From Elusimicrobiota bacterium (lineage in GTDB: Bacteria > Elusimicrobiota > Elusimicrobia > UBA1565 > JACRDR01): a DNA stretch of 64,000 nt. The stretch lies in NCBI GenBank assembly GCA_016194745.1, contig JACQBA010000013.1:64822-128821 (forward strand), read 5' to 3'. A program made the position numbers and the translations under genes. Below are positions 1-9,075 of the stretch, piece by piece. The notes below the pieces were generated by a model that did no database searches, had not been told where the DNA came from, and saw only the letters and a list, made by a program, of their open reading frames with translations. Position 1 is the first letter of the stretch. Each line of letters starts with the position of its first letter.

Positions 1-179
1 CCGGAGAGTTCCGGGACGTTCGCCAGACCGATCCAATCGTCCTCGCGCCCGCCGTCGGCGCCTTCCGGGCAGACGAGCGCGTCGGCGCCCACGCCGCGCC
101 ATTGATCCGCTTCGTCCGCGGAATAGGGCCCGAGGATCTCGGAATCTCGATAAATGAAGTATCTCATCCCAGATGAGAG
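1..179 (-). CDS. hypothetical protein, N-terminal fragment; gene runs off the window start
   Basis: Minus-strand ATG at 177-179 opens the frame MRYFIYRDSEILGPYSADEADQWRGVGADALVCPEG..., which continues past position 1. It is absent from the ORF track because it is truncated. By eye only it resembles a GYF_2/DUF4339-type N-terminus. Confidence 0.3.
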
Positions 180-242
180 CCGACCTCGAAAATGTATCAG
201 CAGGCTGTTACAAAATCAAGTCAATCCGGCAACGAAAAACCT

Positions 243-3020
243 CTATTTTTTGAGCTTGCCGCGGTCGACGGGAAGGACGACGAACGGTTCGATGAAATGG
301 AGGACGGCGACGCCGGTCATGACCGCCGCCATGATGATCAGGACGGTATGCGTGGCCATGAGGACCATCATGCCGCTGAGCGCGAGGACGCCGATGATGG
401 CGCAGATCGCGTTGAACATCGCCTGCGCGGAGTACATCTTGCCCTGGTCGTTGCGGTGGCGCTCCTGCATCAAGCGCGTCACGAGGCTCGGCCAAACGAT
501 CGTCGCGGCTCCCTGCAGGACCGACGCCGCGAACATCCACGCGACCGAGATCCAGACGTTGCCGGAGAAGAACACGCCCCACATCGCGAGCGCGCCGACG
601 CCGTAGAGGATCGAGGTGAAGCGCGCCTGCCGCTCCATCCGGTTCAGGCGCGTGCGCGCCTCAGTCCGGACCTCGCGCATCACGGTCGCGTAGTGCGCCT
701 CGGACCAGCGCTGGAGGCCCTCCTCCAGCCCCGTCTCCCGGAACAAGCGCTCGATGTCGGCCTGCGGGCGCCGTCCGAAGAAGACGTACTTGTTGAACTC
801 GTCCCGAGTCCTCGTCAGGATCGCGCGCTGGAACTCATCGGCGCCGCGCTCGAACGACGGATCCTTCCCCAACGCCTCGCGGTATTCGTCGAGCTGGTCG
901 TAGACGGCGTCGTGGACCGCTTCCACGCCCACGTCCACGAGGGCCTCGCCGAGCGGCTCCGCCTTCGCCAGCCGGCCCCGGAAAGCGTACAGCCTCGCCT
1001 CGAGCTCCTGGCTCGAGCGTTCGTGCTTGAACATGAAGGGCAAGGACGACAGCCCGAGCCCGAGCGACTGGGCCGCGAGCATCAGCCCGAAGGCCAAGTT
1101 GCTGCCCGGCATGCCCCCGAGGATCCCCCCTAGGAGCGGGATCGACGCGGCGCCGGGGAGAGCCGACCCGCCGAGGCCCAGCACGTCTTCGATCAGGCGC
1201 GGCAAGGCGACGAACTCGAGGGCGTCGCCGGCGATGAGCTCGAGGGCGGAGAACAGGATCGTGAGCTTCATGAACCGGTCCTTGCGGAGAAGGCGTATCC
1301 CCCGCAGGAGCTCGCCGAAGCGGCTGCGCCGCGGCACCTTTCGGACGCGGTAGCCTTGGAACTCTGCGGGGACGCCCACCGCCGCCCGGGGGCCGTCGAC
1401 TTCCACGAGAAGCCTCGGTACGCCTCGGATCTGGATCGAGCGGACTCCCCGGATGCGCTTGTCCCGCGCGGGCCCCGACGCGAGTTCCTTCGCCAGAGCC
1501 CGCTGCGCCTCGACGAGCTGGTCCCGCGGAATGTGGAGGTAGGCGCCATAGAGCGCCGCCACGGCCGCGACCAGCGCTCCCGTGACGCCGAAGGCGAGCG
1601 CGTTGCCCGCGAGCGCGATGCCCGTGGCCGCGGTCGCCCACGTGATGAAGATGCCCGCGAGGATCGGCCCCACGACGCCGACGAGGTAGGTGATCGTATG
1701 GTAGACCGCGTACGCGCGGTTGTAATTGTCCATGTCCTCGGCGAGGATGCGGTTGAGCGCGACGTTCGACGCGTTCTGCGTCATCGCCGAGAAGAAACCC
1801 TGGGCGAACATCATGATCTGGAACGCGACGAAGAACGAGAGCAGAGGCAGGATGCCGCCGATCGTGCTCATGTTGAAGAAGAGCACGGGCACCATCATGA
1901 GGATGACGGAGCGCGCCAAGGTCGGCAGGACCAGCATGCGGCGCAGCGGAGAGCGATCGATCATCGGCCCGGTACCGAAGCTCGCGATCGCTTGGGAGCC
2001 GAAGTCGACGCTCCGGCTCATCCCGGTCCGGCCCGAGTCCCCCTTGCTCGGTGTCACGAAGCTCGGCAGCGCGGTGCTGTGGAACGCGACGCCCAGGGCC
2101 AAGAGCGCCTGGCCCCCCACGAACTTCCAATACTCCCGGTTTCGGTCCGAGTCCTCGAGGATGCGCAGGGGCGAGGCCGCGGCGCCCAGAAGCCGCGAGG
2201 CCGTCGACGCGGGCGCCGCATCGGCGGACGGAGGGACCGGCAGCGGCGCCCGCGCGGACTCGTGCGGCGTATCCCCTGGATCGACAGGCTTGACGGAACG
2301 CCGCATGCCGACGAGGCCGTAGGGAACGCCCGCCGCGAGACGGGAAGCGTCCGCGGCCGGCGGTCCCGCGGACCTGAGCCCCAGCACCGGCTCTATCAAC
2401 GCCTGCGCGACCGATCTCAAGTCGGAGTCGGGAATCGAGGCGAGCCGCGCGGGCGAGAGCGCCACCCTTTCGGGATGTTCGAGGAGCTCGAGCGCGCTCG
2501 AGGGAGCGTCGGACGTCCGAGGGGCCATCGCCTCGATGCCGCGAAGCGCCGCCGCGGGCGAGGAGTGCGGCCTTCCCCCCTGCGCCGGGCGCGTCTCGCC
2601 GTGCGGCGCCGCGGCCGCAGGCGGGGCTAGTCCTAAAGAACGCAAGGGCGCCGCGGCGGACGCCGTCAATCCGGGCGTCCGCGTCGCGACCCGCGTCTCG
2701 AGCGGCGACGCGGAGGCGCTCCCCAAGGAACGCGCCTCGATCCCGATCGTCGTCAGCGCGGCCGAGAAGGCCGTCTCGCCCAGTCCCAGCGCGAAAGGCG
2801 CCCGCGCGTCGGACAAGGACGCCGAAATGGGCCCGATCGCCGCGACGCCCGCGCCGGCCTGCCCGAGGCCCGCCGCGCCCGACGCGGCGGCGGGCGCCCG
2901 ATGTACCTGCGCCGCGGCGTTCCACGCCTCTCCACCTGGGACGCCGAGCACGAGCGACGCGGCCAGGACGGACGCGATCCCTTTCTTTATGCGGCGGACG
3001 ACGCCGTAGAAGCGGCGCAT
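243..3020 (-). CDS. polytopic membrane protein (MFS-like) with an Ala/Pro/Ser-rich N-terminal region and a large coiled-coil cytoplasmic insert
   Basis: 925-aa ORF with signal/anchor-like N-terminus (ASVLAASLVLGVPG), about 300 aa of low-complexity A/P/S sequence, then about 10 hydrophobic helices split by a ~230-aa charged loop. Family assignment is weak and the true start may be internal. Confidence 0.5.
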   Translation of the reverse strand: MRRFYGVVRRIKKGIASVLAASLVLGVPGGEAWNAAAQVHRAPAAASGAAGLGQAGAGVAAIGPISASLSDARAPFALGLGETAFSAALTTIGIEARSLGSASASPLETRVATRTPGLTASAAAPLRSLGLAPPAAAAPHGETRPAQGGRPHSSPAAALRGIEAMAPRTSDAPSSALELLEHPERVALSPARLASIPDSDLRSVAQALIEPVLGLRSAGPPAADASRLAAGVPYGLVGMRRSVKPVDPGDTPHESARAPLPVPPSADAAPASTASRLLGAAASPLRILEDSDRNREYWKFVGGQALLALGVAFHSTALPSFVTPSKGDSGRTGMSRSVDFGSQAIASFGTGPMIDRSPLRRMLVLPTLARSVILMMVPVLFFNMSTIGGILPLLSFFVAFQIMMFAQGFFSAMTQNASNVALNRILAEDMDNYNRAYAVYHTITYLVGVVGPILAGIFITWATAATGIALAGNALAFGVTGALVAAVAALYGAYLHIPRDQLVEAQRALAKELASGPARDKRIRGVRSIQIRGVPRLLVEVDGPRAAVGVPAEFQGYRVRKVPRRSRFGELLRGIRLLRKDRFMKLTILFSALELIAGDALEFVALPRLIEDVLGLGGSALPGAASIPLLGGILGGMPGSNLAFGLMLAAQSLGLGLSSLPFMFKHERSSQELEARLYAFRGRLAKAEPLGEALVDVGVEAVHDAVYDQLDEYREALGKDPSFERGADEFQRAILTRTRDEFNKYVFFGRRPQADIERLFRETGLEEGLQRWSEAHYATVMREVRTEARTRLNRMERQARFTSILYGVGALAMWGVFFSGNVWISVAWMFAASVLQGAATIVWPSLVTRLMQERHRNDQGKMYSAQAMFNAICAIIGVLALSGMMVLMATHTVLIIMAAVMTGVAVLHFIEPFVVLPVDRGKLKK

Positions 3021-3092
3021 GGTTCCATCATGATAGCGGAACGCCCTTCGGAAGAAATTGGGCCGTTCAGCGTCCTGGCGTCGGCAGAAGGC

Positions 3093-6000
3093 CTATCGCC
3101 GTTTCGGGCGCGGTCCCACCGCAGGCCGGACCGAGGGCCCAGATTTCTTTCCCGAACCCGCCTTCGCGGCCGCGTCCGCCAACAGTTGCGCGTCGAAGAG
3201 CCCCGCGGCGGGCACGGGCGCCCGGCGCAGCGCGTCGAACGCCCGCAGGAACGCGTTGGACGGCGCCGCCGCGAGATGCGCGGCGCGGGCCTCGGCCATC
3301 AGGGCCTCCGCCGCCGCCCGCGCGCGCTCCGGCGACGCGAGCTCCGCGTCGAGCGCGGCGTCCGCGGCCCGCGGGTCCGTGCGCCCGAAGCCGACCTCAT
3401 GGAACTGGCGCCCCGGCAAGGGTTCCGCCGTCCGGTCGAACAGCGCGTTGAGCCAGAGGAACCAGCCTTCCGGAAGCGTCCCGAAGCGCGCGATCATCGC
3501 CTCCGACAGGCGTCCCGCGAGCAGCAGCTGCTGGCCGCTCTCATGCGCCGCCGCGATCGACGTGCCGGAGGCGTGCTGATAGAGCGGGCGTCCCTTGAAG
3601 AGCAGCGTGGTCGCCGCGTCCTTGAGCGCCTTGGCGAGGCGCGTGGACAAGAGCGACGCCACCTCGAACGGATTTTCCTCGCCGAGCCGCACCGCTCCGC
3701 CATAGTTCGCGCGCCGGATCTCGCGCTTGGACGGCGTGCTGCGGGACGGATACGCTCCGAGTCCCTTGGACTTGTCGAGGGCGGTGACGGAGACGACCAG
3801 CGGGGAGTTCGCCGGACTGAGCACCGAGTCCTCGAGCGGGCCTTCGTTGCCGGGCGGCGCGATGACGCCGTAATTGTTGAGCACGAGCTTCGTCACGAGA
3901 CGGCCGAGCGGGCTATCCTTCTCCCCCGGACCGCCGAAGCCGAGTTGGATGACGACCGGTCGAGCGCGGGGATCTCCCGCGATCGAGACCGCCCACTCGA
4001 GCCCCGCCATCGCGGCCGCGTCGGAGCCGCCGTACTCGCCGAGGACCTTGGCGACCGCGAGGTCCGCTCCCGGCGCCAGGCCGACGTACGGAGAGCCGTC
4101 CACCGGCCGCGCGGCCACGATGCCCAGCGAGAGCGACCCGTGGCTCGCGCTCTCCTGGCCCACGTCGGCGGGAGAGCCCTCGCGCGTGAAATTGCGCGCC
4201 GCCGTCACGCGCTCCTTGCCGATCGCCGGATGGTCGAGATCGGCGCCCTCGTCGAGCAGGACGAAGAGCGCGCCCTTGCCGTCCGCCTTGGAGCGCTCCT
4301 GAACCTCGGCCGCGCCGGAGAGCGCGCGCGTCTCGTGCATCAGCCGGAATTTGGGCCGCGAGCGGTGGACGATGAAGCCCTCCGCCTCCATCGCCGCCTT
4401 GAACGCGACGACCTTGTGCTCGGGCACGTTGATCCACAGCGAGTTCGACGCGTGCAGCGTCGCCTGGAGCGCGCCCTCGAAGCGGGAGAGCTTCCGACGC
4501 TCGAGGCCCACCGCCGCCAGCGCGGCGTCGACGTCCGCCGCGGATGCGTCGCGGTAGTCGCGGAACTCCCCAACGCGCGGCCGGTCGGAGGGCACCTCGA
4601 CGATCAAGTGCAGCGGCCCGCGCTCGGGATCGACGCCGGGCACGCCGGCGCCGTTGGGGTCCTGCAGCGGGCTCGTCGTCTCCACCGTGATGTCGACGAC
4701 GCGGGCGAGGAGCGGGACGAGCTCGCCGAGCCCGCCCGGCTTGCCGATCCAGCCCTTGTTCGCCAAGACGTAGTTCGTGACGCTCGTGCGCAGGTCTCCG
4801 GGCGCGCGCAGCCGGTCGACCAGCTCGGCCCGCTGCGCGGCGTACGGAAAGAACCGCGCGATCGTCCGCGCCAAGGCCATGTTGCGATCGGAGGCGTTCC
4901 TGAGCAGGATCTTCAGGATCTCGTCCGAGATCGCCGCCGGGGCTTCCTGCGCGATCTGCGCGAGAGACGCCACGCTCACGTGCCGAACGTTGAGGGTCTC
5001 CCCCTCGTCGGCGACGCGCGCCGCGAGGGCGTCCGCCGCCGCCGGGGTCGCGCGCGAGCCGAGCTCGCCGAGCAGGGCGGCGGCCGTGAAGCGGATGCGG
5101 GCGTCCGGATTGCGCGCCCCCTCGATCAGCCGCGGCACGCCCGCGCCGTCGCCCAAGCGCGCGAGGGCGTACGCCGCGTACAAGACGGTGTCCGGCCGCG
5201 AGCCTTCCTCCGCCCCCCGCGACAGGTCCGGCGCCTGGAGCGCCGCGGTTCGCAGCAGGCCGTTGACCGCGGTCATGTTCCGGCCCGAAGCGGCGATCGC
5301 CTCGAAGGCGACTTGGCGCACGCGCGGGTCCGGGTCGTCGAACGCCGCCTCGGCGAGGTACGCGAGTTCCTCCGGAGCGCCCGCGGGACGCAGCAGGGAC
5401 TCCGGCGCGCGGAGATTGAGCAGGCTGAACGCGGCGGTCCGGCGCACGATCCACACGGGGTCCTTGAGGGCCGTGAGGAATTGAGGAAGCGAGGCGGAGC
5501 GCCGGGCCTCGAACGCCTTCTGCGAGGCCTCGAGCGACTTGCGCCGGTCCGAGATGGATTTGCCCGCGGCCGTCGCGTCCCTGAAGATCGAGAGTTCCAG
5601 GTCCCGCAGCGCCTTCGCCCGCCGGATCCAATCGAACCCCTCCGTACCCAAGGCCGACGCGGCCCGCCAGCTCATGAGCCTGGCCGCCGCCGCCAGCTTG
5701 CCGAAGAATCCGGAGGGCTTCCTGCCGAACGACGCGAGGGCCATGAGCATCGCCGCCTCGGCGTCGGGCGCTCCCTTTCCCTGGTGCCAGGCGGGCACGC
5801 CGAGATCGACCGACGTCCGCAGGCTGATCATGCGCGAGACGAACGCGCGGTTGCCCTCGAAGAACGCGGCCGCCTCCGAGCCGGGCGTCGCCGCCGTCTC
5901 AGCCGCGGCCTCCGCGCCGCGCAGCGACCAGCGCGAAGCCTGCAGAATGAGCACGTCCAGTCCCGCGTTAACCGCCGTCGCCTGCGAGCTGCCGGACTCC

Positions 6001-9000
6001 CGAGTGCTGAGCCGGCTTGGGCTGTCCGACGGCGTCTCCGGCATGTCCTTCGACTTCGCTGCTTCGATCCCGTGCCCCGGAGGATAGGCGTCTTTGGAGC
6101 CGGGCTCCGTCACGACGTCGCCGCCGATGGGAACGTTGTCCGGCTTGTCCTCGTAGCGCGGCATGAAGAACCGGCGGTCCAGCGCCCACCCGACGCCGCT
6201 GAAGAACGAGACGCCGCCGGCCTTCGTCGACGACCCCCCGGTGTGCACCTCGCCGCCGGCGCCGGGGTCGTTGATCGTGAATCGGAACGGTCCGTCGTTG
6301 CCGGCCGAAGCTGTCACGACGACGCTCGCGCCGTTCGAGTTGCGCCGCTGCGTCAGATTCGAGAAGAACTCGGCGAGAGGCGAGCCGACTTCGCCCGGAG
6401 AGCCCAGCGCGAGATTGATCACGTCCGCGCCCCAGCGCATCGCGTCCACGGCGGCCGCCATGATGTCGCCGTCGAGGCCGCCGCGGCGGTTGGGGGCGAA
6501 GACGCGGCCCACGCGGCCGTCGGAGGCCGGCGCGACGCCGTAGACGCCGCGCGCCATGGAGTGCGTGTGGCTGCCGTGGCCGTTGGAGTCCCCCTTGCCG
6601 TCGTTGACGACGTCGTACTGCTCGGTGCGCGGGAGATGCGGGTGCCCGTCGTCGACGCCGGTGTCGGCGCTGTATAGCTTGAACCCTTCCCCGCGGAAGC
6701 CGAAGTGATGGGCCTGCGGCACGCGCTGCATCGGCATGCTCTGCGCCAGATGGACGTCGTAGCCGCCGCGCGACGGCTCGATCGAGATCCCCTCGGCCTC
6801 GACGAAATCCTCGAACCCTTTCGACTTGCTCCGCAAGACGCTCACGTAGATGTAGCCGTTCGAGTCGTCGCCCAGGACGTCGCGCCCGAAGACGTGACGC
6901 ACGATCATCCCGTCCTTGCGGAAGCGCTCGACCTGCTCTTTCGAGTACCCCGCCGACGCGAGGATCGCCTCGGCGCCGAGCGGGTTCCCCGCGTCGCCCG
7001 GGTTGTTCGAGATGTTCGTGTGCGACGTCTCGAGCACTTGGTCGCCGACGGCGCTCAGCCAGAGGTAGACGCGCCGCTCGACCTTCGTCGCGACGAGGAC
7101 GTGCCCGCCTTCCGGAAGGTCGACGCGCTGGACCTCGAACTGTCCGCCGTCCGGCGAGCGCCAATACCGCAACAGCTTCTCCATCGTCGCGAGGCCCTCG
7201 TCCTCCTCGCGCCACGGGAGGAACGCGACGCCCTTGTGCCGGAGAGCGGCGTAGAGAGCCTCGACCCGCCGCACCGGCTCGAGTTCCCGCAGCAGAGAGG
7301 AGGTCGAGTTGTTCCACAACTCGGAGAGCATCCGCTCGAGTTCGCGGCCGTCGAACTCCCCGGCCTGCTTCATCTTCTGCGCCGAGGCGACGACCTGCGC
7401 GAGCTCGCGGTTCGACCACATGGCCGGCGTCACGTCCTCGCCCTGCGTGCGCATGAGGAGCTTGGACGCCTGCCGCAAGTCGTCGAGCTGCTTGATCGCG
7501 AGGAGCAGGCGGCGCGCGTCGTTCGAGGAGGACCGGAATTCCTGCGTCCCGGGCTCCGCGTAGCGAGGCACGCCCATGAGCGCCGCCGGCGCGACGATCG
7601 CGCGGTAGCGGTTGTCGTGCTCCGGCTTGATCCGGTACGCGCCGTTCTTCTCGCGATCGGCGATGCGCCCGAGAAGCTCGCCGATCTCCATCCCCGAGAT
7701 TCGGGCTTTGCCGTCGGAGAGCCGCGCGTATAGCTTGGGATCGTCCCACTCACCGGAGGCCCCCGTCCCCACGAGGACGTCGAAGGAGGAGGCGAGCTTC
7801 ATCGAGAGGCCGACCTCGCTGAGCACGCGCTCGAGCGCCGGGATGCGCAGGCCCCGCAGCCAGTTCGACGGCCAGAAATCCGACGTGCGCGCCCGAAGTT
7901 CCGACCAGAATGTGCCCACGCCGCGCAGGAGCGCCCAAGTCTTCGGAGGCGCGCGCTCGCGGCTCGTGTAGAAGTGATCGAGCTCGTGCTTGAGGATCAG
8001 CTTGAACAGAAACGGCGTCCGGACGAGCTCGGGGCGCAGGTAGATGCGCGAGCCGTACATGAAGCCGAAGGAGAACGAGAAGCGGCGCTCCGGCTTGTAG
8101 AGCCGAAGGATGCCCTTGCCGGGCATATGGCCGATCAGCGCGGCTTGCACGCTGGAATGCAGGTCCATCTCGGCGACGAGGCGCTTCGCTTGGCGCCAGA
8201 ACTCGTCCTCGCCGACCTTCCGGCCCGTGACGACGCGCACGAAGGACCCGAATTCGAGCAGCGCGTAGCCGGCCACCATGGGGAGCAGCAAAAAGCCGAC
8301 GTTCGCGGCGATCGACGCCCCGGTGAAATGGACGATCGCCAGCAGCCCTCCGACGGCGGCGGCGCTGACGCCGGAGAAGATGGGCGAGCGGTGCTGGGGC
8401 CGGACCGGGCGCGGGGCCGGCATGGCGCGCCGCGGCGCCGGAGCGTCCCCGGCGTAGGGGGCCAACTCCGCCGACCTCCCGACCTGGGGCGTCGCGTCGA
8501 CCGACGAGGCCGCCGCTCGGCCTCCTCCGAGCCGCGAGACGAACTCGATCTCCGCCGCGCCGCGCGAGGCGTCCGCCGGCGCCGCGCCCGAGAGCGACCG
8601 CACCTCCGACGGCGAGCCGAGCCGCTCGTACATCGGAGAGAATCCCTTTCCCGAGACGACGGCGGGCGGCTCCGCCTTCGCCGCAACACCTGCCTGCGCC
8701 GCGCGCGCGATCGGACGAGAGAGACCGAGCGAGACGGTCAAGGCGAGAGGCGCATCGCTTACCCCTCTCGCCGCGAGCGGGCCAAGCGAGGCGCTCGGCG
8801 CAAGCGTCTCCAAGTGCGACGGCAGCGTCCCGCCGAGCGTCAAGCCTCCCGCCGCGGAACCAAGACCCAGGGGAGACAGGCCGATCGACGAGACCACGCC
8901 ACCGGCGGACCCGAGCGCTCCGGCCGAACCATCCCGCACCGGTCGGACGACTTCTTGCGCGAATAAGAGGAGTCCGTCGGATCCCGGAGCGACGGCGATG

Positions 9001-9059
9001 AGCGCCGCCGAAAGGAGCGCCGCGAGGCAGCGTGTCGGCCGGCGCGGGCGATCGACCAT
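3093..9059 (-). CDS. giant membrane-anchored multidomain protease: HExxH motif, two subtilisin (S8) domains and HEAT/PBS-lyase repeats
   Basis: 1988-aa ORF with N-terminal signal peptide and hydrophobic helices followed by KHELDHFYT (HExxH). S8 domain 1 has DTGVDDGHPHL / NGHGSHTHS / SAGNDGP / GSSQATAVNAG. HEAT-like repeats include DPVWIVRRTAAFSLL, DPDPRVRQVAFEAIA and NPDARIRFTAAALLGELG. S8 domain 2 has LLDEGADLDHPA / SASHGSLSLG / PPGNEGP / ASGTSIAAAHESG. Confidence 0.8.
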   Translation of the reverse strand: MVDRPRRPTRCLAALLSAALIAVAPGSDGLLLFAQEVVRPVRDGSAGALGSAGGVVSSIGLSPLGLGSAAGGLTLGGTLPSHLETLAPSASLGPLAARGVSDAPLALTVSLGLSRPIARAAQAGVAAKAEPPAVVSGKGFSPMYERLGSPSEVRSLSGAAPADASRGAAEIEFVSRLGGGRAAASSVDATPQVGRSAELAPYAGDAPAPRRAMPAPRPVRPQHRSPIFSGVSAAAVGGLLAIVHFTGASIAANVGFLLLPMVAGYALLEFGSFVRVVTGRKVGEDEFWRQAKRLVAEMDLHSSVQAALIGHMPGKGILRLYKPERRFSFSFGFMYGSRIYLRPELVRTPFLFKLILKHELDHFYTSRERAPPKTWALLRGVGTFWSELRARTSDFWPSNWLRGLRIPALERVLSEVGLSMKLASSFDVLVGTGASGEWDDPKLYARLSDGKARISGMEIGELLGRIADREKNGAYRIKPEHDNRYRAIVAPAALMGVPRYAEPGTQEFRSSSNDARRLLLAIKQLDDLRQASKLLMRTQGEDVTPAMWSNRELAQVVASAQKMKQAGEFDGRELERMLSELWNNSTSSLLRELEPVRRVEALYAALRHKGVAFLPWREEDEGLATMEKLLRYWRSPDGGQFEVQRVDLPEGGHVLVATKVERRVYLWLSAVGDQVLETSHTNISNNPGDAGNPLGAEAILASAGYSKEQVERFRKDGMIVRHVFGRDVLGDDSNGYIYVSVLRSKSKGFEDFVEAEGISIEPSRGGYDVHLAQSMPMQRVPQAHHFGFRGEGFKLYSADTGVDDGHPHLPRTEQYDVVNDGKGDSNGHGSHTHSMARGVYGVAPASDGRVGRVFAPNRRGGLDGDIMAAAVDAMRWGADVINLALGSPGEVGSPLAEFFSNLTQRRNSNGASVVVTASAGNDGPFRFTINDPGAGGEVHTGGSSTKAGGVSFFSGVGWALDRRFFMPRYEDKPDNVPIGGDVVTEPGSKDAYPPGHGIEAAKSKDMPETPSDSPSRLSTRESGSSQATAVNAGLDVLILQASRWSLRGAEAAAETAATPGSEAAAFFEGNRAFVSRMISLRTSVDLGVPAWHQGKGAPDAEAAMLMALASFGRKPSGFFGKLAAAARLMSWRAASALGTEGFDWIRRAKALRDLELSIFRDATAAGKSISDRRKSLEASQKAFEARRSASLPQFLTALKDPVWIVRRTAAFSLLNLRAPESLLRPAGAPEELAYLAEAAFDDPDPRVRQVAFEAIAASGRNMTAVNGLLRTAALQAPDLSRGAEEGSRPDTVLYAAYALARLGDGAGVPRLIEGARNPDARIRFTAAALLGELGSRATPAAADALAARVADEGETLNVRHVSVASLAQIAQEAPAAISDEILKILLRNASDRNMALARTIARFFPYAAQRAELVDRLRAPGDLRTSVTNYVLANKGWIGKPGGLGELVPLLARVVDITVETTSPLQDPNGAGVPGVDPERGPLHLIVEVPSDRPRVGEFRDYRDASAADVDAALAAVGLERRKLSRFEGALQATLHASNSLWINVPEHKVVAFKAAMEAEGFIVHRSRPKFRLMHETRALSGAAEVQERSKADGKGALFVLLDEGADLDHPAIGKERVTAARNFTREGSPADVGQESASHGSLSLGIVAARPVDGSPYVGLAPGADLAVAKVLGEYGGSDAAAMAGLEWAVSIAGDPRARPVVIQLGFGGPGEKDSPLGRLVTKLVLNNYGVIAPPGNEGPLEDSVLSPANSPLVVSVTALDKSKGLGAYPSRSTPSKREIRRANYGGAVRLGEENPFEVASLLSTRLAKALKDAATTLLFKGRPLYQHASGTSIAAAHESGQQLLLAGRLSEAMIARFGTLPEGWFLWLNALFDRTAEPLPGRQFHEVGFGRTDPRAADAALDAELASPERARAAAEALMAEARAAHLAAAPSNAFLRAFDALRRAPVPAAGLFDAQLLADAAAKAGSGKKSGPSVRPAVGPRPKRR

Positions 9060-9075
9060 GAAGCGGCGCTCGAGC

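Noticed and set aside
2901-6677. 1258-aa plus-strand ORF, plus similar long ORFs at 835-2925(-), 3913-5631(-), 5968-7749(-), 6705-7733(+), 7974-8966(+) and 1356-2630(+)
   Set aside because: They are extremely Arg/Gly/Pro/Asp-rich with no motifs, and lie antisense or out of frame to the well-supported MFS-like and giant protease genes. These are classic alternative-frame artefacts of ~70 % GC DNA.
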